Positions 57,474 to 64,000 of a DNA stretch of 64,000 nucleotides are shown here, piece after piece (the first letter of the stretch is position 1; every line of letters starts with the position of its first letter). Below the pieces are notes generated by a model that was not told the DNA's origin, ran no database searches, and saw only the letters and a program-made list of their open reading frames with translations. This stretch comes from Lewinellaceae bacterium (GTDB taxonomy: Bacteria; Bacteroidota; Bacteroidia; Chitinophagales; Saprospiraceae), in assembly GCA_963710215.1 (NCBI GenBank), contig CAVPZP010000045.1, forward strand, positions 25,256 to 89,255, written 5' to 3'. Made by a program: the position numbers and the translations under genes.

Positions 57474-60400
57474 TCAGCGGGTAAGTGTAACATCACCCTT
57501 ATAAGTGATGACCTCGCCGTCGATAAAATGAATAACGGCCACATAGATGTATACACCGGTATTCATCTCTCGCAGGCGATGTAAACCATCCCAACCGTGG
57601 ACCGCATTATTAGGCAGAAAACCCCCATCCTCGAACATGGACTCTCCCCAGCGATTGTAGACCTGGAAGCTCTCCACGCGGTCCACGAAGCGCGTATCGG
57701 CATTGATGAAGAAAACGTCGTTGCGCCCGTCGCCGTTGGGCGAGAAGCCCGTCGGGATAAACACCGGCCGGTCCTTGCGCACCAGCAGCAGGTAGTTGTC
57801 ATCCGCCCGGCAGCCCAGTTCGTCCACCACGCTGACGCTGATGCGCCGCGTCTCGTCCGCCTGGAAACGGATCACGTTGCCCTCGCCCGACTGTTCGGCC
57901 AGGCTGTCCGGCATCCAGATGATGGTGTCCACCGCGTTGCCGCCCAGGATCGTGGCGCGCAGCGTCACGTCGTCACCCTGCCGGATGTCTTCCCCCACGG
58001 GGTCCAGCAGCGTGATGCTCACCCGCAGTTCGTCGGGCTGCGTGATGTCCAGGAAGAACTCCGTGAAGCAACCGTTCGCGTCCTCGATCCGCAGCGTGTA
58101 CTCGTCCGGGACTAGGCCGCCGAACAGCGTCGTGCTCACCGGCGCGGCGTCGTTGAGCGAGTAGCGGTAGGGCGGCCGGCCGGCCGTCACGCCCGTGATG
58201 CGGATGGCACCGTCACTGCCCGCAAAGCAGGTAATCTGGCTCAGCTCGATGGTCGCCACCGGCACTTCGGTCTCGGCCGTCACCACCACCTCGTCGGTGT
58301 TGGTGCAGCCCAGCTCGTTGGTCACCGCCAGGGTGTAGGTGCCCGGCTGGCTCACCTCGATGACGCGGTTGGTCGGCGCGCCGATCATGATGCCGGGGTC
58401 GTCGGCCGTCCACTGGTAGGTGAAGCCCGGCCCGCCCTGCGAGCCGCCGCCGTCCAGCGATACCATGCCCATCGCGCAGGTCAGCGTCTGGTCCGCGCCG
58501 GCCTCGGCCCGGGGTCCGGCATTGATCTCCACGCTCACCGCGGCATCGTCCGTGCCGCAACTGCCGCCGTCCACCCGGTAGCGGAAAGTATACACGTTAG
58601 GGGCCAACCCACCCAGGGCCAGCGTGCCGTTCGCCGCCGAGAAGTTAGCGCCCGGCGCCGGCCCGGTACTGCTCCACGCGCCGCCGGCGTCCGCGCCCGT
58701 TAGTTGGTCGAACAGTGTTAGCGTCGTTGATTCGGTGTTGCAGAAGCGTGCCTGCTGCGCCTGTTCGCCCGCGCTCAACGGGGCTTCCACCGTCACGTCG
58801 GCCGTAAAGGTATTGCTTATACAGCCGTTCCCGGTCACCGTCAGGCTAACCGGGTAGGTACCCGGCGTCGTCCAGCTCAACTGGTGCGGTCCCGCGCCCG
58901 TGCCGGGCACGGCCGACGCGCCGGCAAAGTTCCAGTTGTAGGCCGCTCCGGCACCAGCACTTCCCGTGAAGGTCAGCGTGGTGGAAGCTCCCGTGCAAAT
59001 CGTCGACTGGCTGAGGGTAAAGGCCGCCGTCGGGGTCTGGAAGACCGTGAAGACCACCGTGCCCGTGTAGCTGCAAACCGTTTCGGTATAGGTCACCGTT
59101 AGCGTATGCACGCCCGGTCCGGCCGCCTCGGCGGTAAACTGGTTGCCCGTCACGCCGGGGCCGCTCCAGGTGAACGTGCCCTGACCCGTGCCGCCCATGG
59201 AAGTGGCCGTCAGGTCGATCACGGTGTTCGATTGCGCGTCGATGCAGAAGGAGTTCGCTGCCGGCAGACTCAGTACCACGTTGGGGCAAGCCGCCGCCGC
59301 GCACTCCAGGCTCGTCGCCGGGCCGTTACCGCAGGGCGGCGGGCCGAGGGGCGTGACCGTCAGCGTGGCCGTCTGCTCGGGACTCAGGCCCGTCAGCGTG
59401 TAGGTCACGTCAGTGGTCGTGAAGGGAGTGTCGCCATCCACGGACAGCTCGTAGCCCGTCGCGCCCGCTACCGCCCCCCAGTTCCAGGTCACGGCGGTCA
59501 GCTCCGCGGTGCCGCAACTCAGCACCGCCGCCGCCAGGGGCGCGCTGACCGTTACGGTCCGCGATGTCTGCGGGCTGGTGCAACCGTTCTCGGTCACCAG
59601 CAGGGTGATGGCATAGGTGCCGGCCGCCGGCCAGCTCAACTGGTGCGGTCCGATGCCCGTGCCGGGGTCGGCCGTACCTCCGGCAAAGTCCCACGCGAAG
59701 GTAGCCGCCGCCGATCCGTTACCGGTGTACTCCACCGTGAGTGGCTCACCCGTGCAGACCGCGGCGGTCGAGACCGTGAACGATCCGTCCAGTGCCGGAA
59801 AAACGGTGAAACTGACCTGGCCCTCGGCCGTGCAGTTGCCCGTTTCCACGTAGTTGACGAAAACGGTATGCGTGCCCAGGCCCGCCAGGGCGGGATCGAA
59901 GCTGAAGTTGCCCGCGCCGTCGTCGGTCACGCCCGGTCCGGTCCAGGTGAAGGTGCCGGTCTGGTCGCCGCCGGTGGTGGTCGCCGTCAGGGCCGTAACC
60001 GTCGGGTTGTCGATGCAGAAGTTCTGCGCCGGGGTGGTGACGTTCAGCGTAAGGTCCGGGCAGGGCAGGCTGGTGCAGTTCGCGCTTCCCGCCGCCGAGT
60101 TGCCGCAGGCACCGCTGCTCACGGCAATCACCGACAGACCGGCCGCCGTGGCGGTGGCCAGTCCGTTGATGGTATAAGTGGTGGCGGTGACGGTTTCCAT
60201 CGTGCCGTCGTCCAGCGTGACGAGGTAGCCCTCCGCGCCCGCTACGGCCGCCCAGCTAAAGGTCACCGAACCGAGCGTGGCCGCCGCGTCGTCGCAGCTA
60301 ACCACCGGCGTGGCCAGGGGCACGGCCACGTCCACCGTCAGGTCGTTTTGCGCTGCCGTGCAGCCGTTTTCGGTGACCGTCAGGGTGACCGTTTTGGTGC

Positions 60401-63400
60401 CCGCCGTGGTCCAGGTCACCTGGTGCGGACCGGCTCCCGTGCCGGGCACGGCCGTGCCGCCGGCGAAGTCCCACGCGTAGGTGGCACCCGCCGCGGCCGT
60501 GCCGGTGTAAGTAATCGTCACCGTCTCGGTGCTGCAGATGTCGTCGTCGCTGAGCGTAAAGTCGGCCGTCGGCACGGCGAAGACCGTCAGTTCGATGGTG
60601 GCCGTCTCGCCGCACAAGCCGCCGTCTTCCTCGTAGTCGACCGTAATGGTGTGTACGCCCACGCCCGCCTGCGCGGGGTCGAAGGTGAAGTTGCCCGCGC
60701 CGTCATCGCTCACGCCCGGGCCGCTGAAGAAGTAGGTCGGCTGGTTGCCGCTGCCGCCCGCGGCCGTGGCCGTTAGCACGACCGCGCCGTCCTGACCCAG
60801 GCAGTAGTCGGTCACTACCGGATCGAAGCTCAGCGTGATGGCTGGGCAGGAATCCGCTCCGCAGTCGGCCGTACCGGCCGCCGAGTTACCGCACGGACCG
60901 CTACTCAAGGCTATTACGGATAGACTGACCGCCTCGCCGACCGCCAGGCCGGTTACCGTGTAGCTATTGGTGTCCACCACGATGGTCGAGGCGTCGGGCA
61001 GGGTGATTTCGTACTGCGTCGCGCCGATGATCGGCGTCCAGTCGAAAGTGACGGACGTCAGCGTACTCGCGCCGCAGGTCACGTCCGGCGTAGCCAGGGG
61101 CGCGCTGATCTCGGTGGTCCGCGTGGCTTGCGTGCCGGAGCAACCGTTCTCGGTTACCGTCAGCGTAACGGTCCTGGTGCCCGCCGTGGTCCAGGTGATC
61201 TGGTGCGGTCCGGCTCCCGTGCCGGGCACGGCCGTGCCGCCGCCGAAGTCCCAGACGTAGGTCGCTCCCGCCGTGGCGGTGCCGGTGTAGGTAGCCGTTA
61301 CTTCCGTGTCCGTACAGGCGGCCGCCGGAGCGAGCGTGAAGTCCGCCGTCGGGTTGGCGAACACGTTGACCGTGGCCGTGGCACTTGCGCCGCACAGGCC
61401 GCCGTCCTCGGTATAATCCACCGTGATCACGTGCTGGCCCACCCCGGCCGCGACCGGGTCGAAGCTATCGCCCGTCACGCCGGGACCGCTCCAGGTGAAG
61501 ACCGGATCGTTGTTCGAGCCGCCGGCGGCCGTAGCCGTCAGCGTGACCGGCACGGCACCGTCCAGGCAGTAGTCGCTGCCGTCGATGGGTAGGGTAAGCG
61601 TGATGGCGGGGCAGTCGGCCGCCGCGCAGTCGATCGTCGCCGCGGCCGCGTCGGGGCAACTCGTGGAGCTGAGGGTGCGCACCGTGATACTCACCACTTC
61701 GCCCGGTAGCAGGCCCGCTACCGTGTAGCTGCCGATCGTCACGGTATCCAGTCCGGGTGAGCCGCTCACCGTGATCTCGTAACCCGCCGCGCCCGTTACC
61801 GGCGGCCAGTCAACGGTCGTCGAGGTTAGCGTATTCACGCCGCAAACCGGAACCGCGGAAAGCGGCGGCGCACTGATCGTAATCGTTTGACTGACCGGCG
61901 TACTCGCGCAGCCGTTCTCGGTCACCGTCAGGGTGACCGTTTTGACGCCCGCCGTGGTCCAGGTGATGTCTTGCGGACCGGCTCCCGTGCCGGGGGTGGC
62001 CGTGCCGCCGTCATAGTCCCAATCGTAGGTAGCACCCGCGCCGGCACCGCCGGTGTAGGTGGCCGTGACCGTTTCGTCGGTGCAGGCGTCGGTCAGGTCC
62101 AGGCTGAAATCGGCCGCGGGTTGATCGAAGACGGAAAAAGTGACCGTGCTCATCACCGAGCAGCCGCTTTCCGTGTAAGTCACGGAGATAAGGTGCATCC
62201 CCGCCCCGGCCGCAACCGGGTCGAAGCCGTCACCCGTTACGCCCGGACCCGACCACACAAAGGTACCGCCGCCCACGCCGCCGCCGGCCGCGGCCGTCAG
62301 CGTCACGGGAACGGCACTACCGTCGAGACAGAAGTCTTGCGCCGCCGGGGGCGTGACCGTCAGGGGAGGACAGCTCGTGGCCACGCAGGTTTGCGTGCCG
62401 GCCGGGCCGTCGCCGCAGGGCGGACCGCCCAGGGCGACCACGGTGATTTCTACCGCTTCACCCTCGGCCAGACCCGTCACCTCGAAGGTCGTTCCCGTCA
62501 GCGTGCCCGTTTGGCCGCTGATGACGACCACGTCGTAGCCGGTCGCGCCCGGCACGGCGGGCCAGGTGAAGGTAACCAGGTCCAGATCGGAGGCTCCGCA
62601 AGTGACGACCGGTGCGGGCAGGGGGGCCGCGACGGTCACGTCACGGGTGAAGATCGTTCCCGTGCAGCCGTTCTCGGTCACCGTCAGGCTAACCGTTTTA
62701 ACGCCCGGCGTGGACCAGGTGATCTGTTGGGGTCCGGCACCGGTACCGGGGGTGGCGGTGCCGCCGTCGCCGAAGTCCCAGGCATAAGTAGCTCCCGCAC
62801 CCGCGCTGCCCGTGTAGGTGGCCGTGACGTCGTCGCCGACGCAGGCCGTCGTCAGGTCCAGGCTGAAGTCAGCCGTCGGCAGGGGCAAGACGGTGAAAGT
62901 TACCGTACCCGTCACCGAGCAGCCATCCTCCGTATAGGTTACGGTAATGAGGTGCATCCCCGCTCCGGCCGCCAGGGGATCGAAACTATCGCCTGTCACA
63001 CCCGGACCCGTCCAGGCAAAGGTACCACCGCCCACGCCGCCGCCGGCTGCGGCCGTCAGCATCACTGGAACTGCCGTCGCGTCCAGACAAAAGTCCTGCG
63101 CCGCCGGAGGAGTTACCGTCAGGGGCGGGCAACTAGTGGCCGTACAAGTTTGCGTAGCGGCCGCGCTATTACCACAAGGCGGCCCGCCCTGGGCAATCAC
63201 GCTGATCGTAACCATCTCTCCTTCGCTCAGGCCGGTCACTTCAAAACTAGTACCCGTCAGGGTTCCTGTTTGGCCGCTGGTAACCACTACGTCGTAGCCG
63301 GTCGCTCCCGGCACGGCGGGCCAGGTGAACGTGACCAGATTAAGGTCCGTGGCACCGCAGCTAATAACGGGAGCGGGCAGCGGGGCAGTGACCGTTACGT

Positions 63401-64000
63401 CGGCCGAAAAAATAGGGCCGGGGCAACCATTTTCCGTTACCGTCAAACTGACGGGGAAAGTGCCCGCGCCGGCATACTGTAATTCGTACGGACCGGCATC
63501 CGAGCCGCTCACTACCGTGGCGGAACCGAAGTTCCAGGCATAGGTTGCCCCGGCTCCGCCGGGACCGGCGTAGGTGACGGTGGTGGTACCACCGACACAA
63601 ATCTGGCCGGGAGCAAAAGTAAAATTACCCGTTGGCAGGGCAAAAACCGTAAACTGTACGGTGGCCGTGAAGGGACAGCCGTTTTCCGTATATGTTGCCG
63701 TTATGGTATGTACACCCACGCCCGCTACATCGGCGTCGAAACTGGTACCCGTCACGCCGGGACCGTGTCCAGGTCAGGGTGCCGGTGCCCATGTCTCCCA
63801 TTACGGTGGCCGTCAGGGCCACGGGGGCGTTGTTGCCGTCGTTGCAGAAACTTTGCGCGGCGTTGTTTACGGAGATCGTGACCGGCGGGCAGGCACTGGT
63901 GGTCATGCAGGTTATCTCACTAGTCTCCATACAGCTCGGATTACTGCTACTGGTCGCCGTAACCCTCAGGGTATAGGACGTAAGCGGCGTTAAACCGGTG
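57474..64000 (-). CDS. Giant repetitive PKD/FN3/Ig-like surface protein with type B T9SS (CHU_C) CTD; 5' end outside window; apparent +1 frameshift at ~63766
   Basis: Repeated YxWDF...GxGP..ITW...TVTLTVTENGC modules; FIPTGFSPNGDGRND...YNRWG...WDG...GDVTL; an upstream frame continues the same repeats to 64000. Confidence 0.88.

Overview
High-GC Bacteroidota chromosome segment, probably Saprospiria/Lewinellaceae-like. That placement is inferred from T9SS C-terminal domains, TTG-N20/21-TAnnTTTG promoters, the rpmB-rpmG-DUF4295-ftsY synteny and a Saprospiraceae-type dockerin. The window holds about 50 mostly housekeeping and envelope genes (pgeF fusion, usp, cry-DASH, recG, ftsY, xseA, rfaD, gluQ, waaA, SNF2 helicase, proteases, sulfatase, a giant type-B T9SS adhesin) and two tRNAs. 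I found no CRISPR array, prophage or transposase. The unusual content is mostly intergenic. (1) Eleven diverged copies of a ~95-145 bp branched element (GGGCGTG...CTCACGC, Flavo-1-like) show clear stem covariation, GNA triloops on one strand and orientation bias relative to transcription. (2) Two more covarying multi-hairpin families, several REP families and a TAA-targeting MITE are also present. (3) Three TonB C-terminal genes form a tandem array joined by a 44/46-bp identical junction. (4) A ~580-nt structured leader or ncRNA candidate lies upstream of a secreted metalloprotease. (5) Smaller items include a PgeF-methyltransferase fusion, a protease-dockerin without a T9SS CTD, a kdpB relic and two single-base frameshifts that may be sequencing errors. 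All family calls come from motif recognition by eye; no database search was run.
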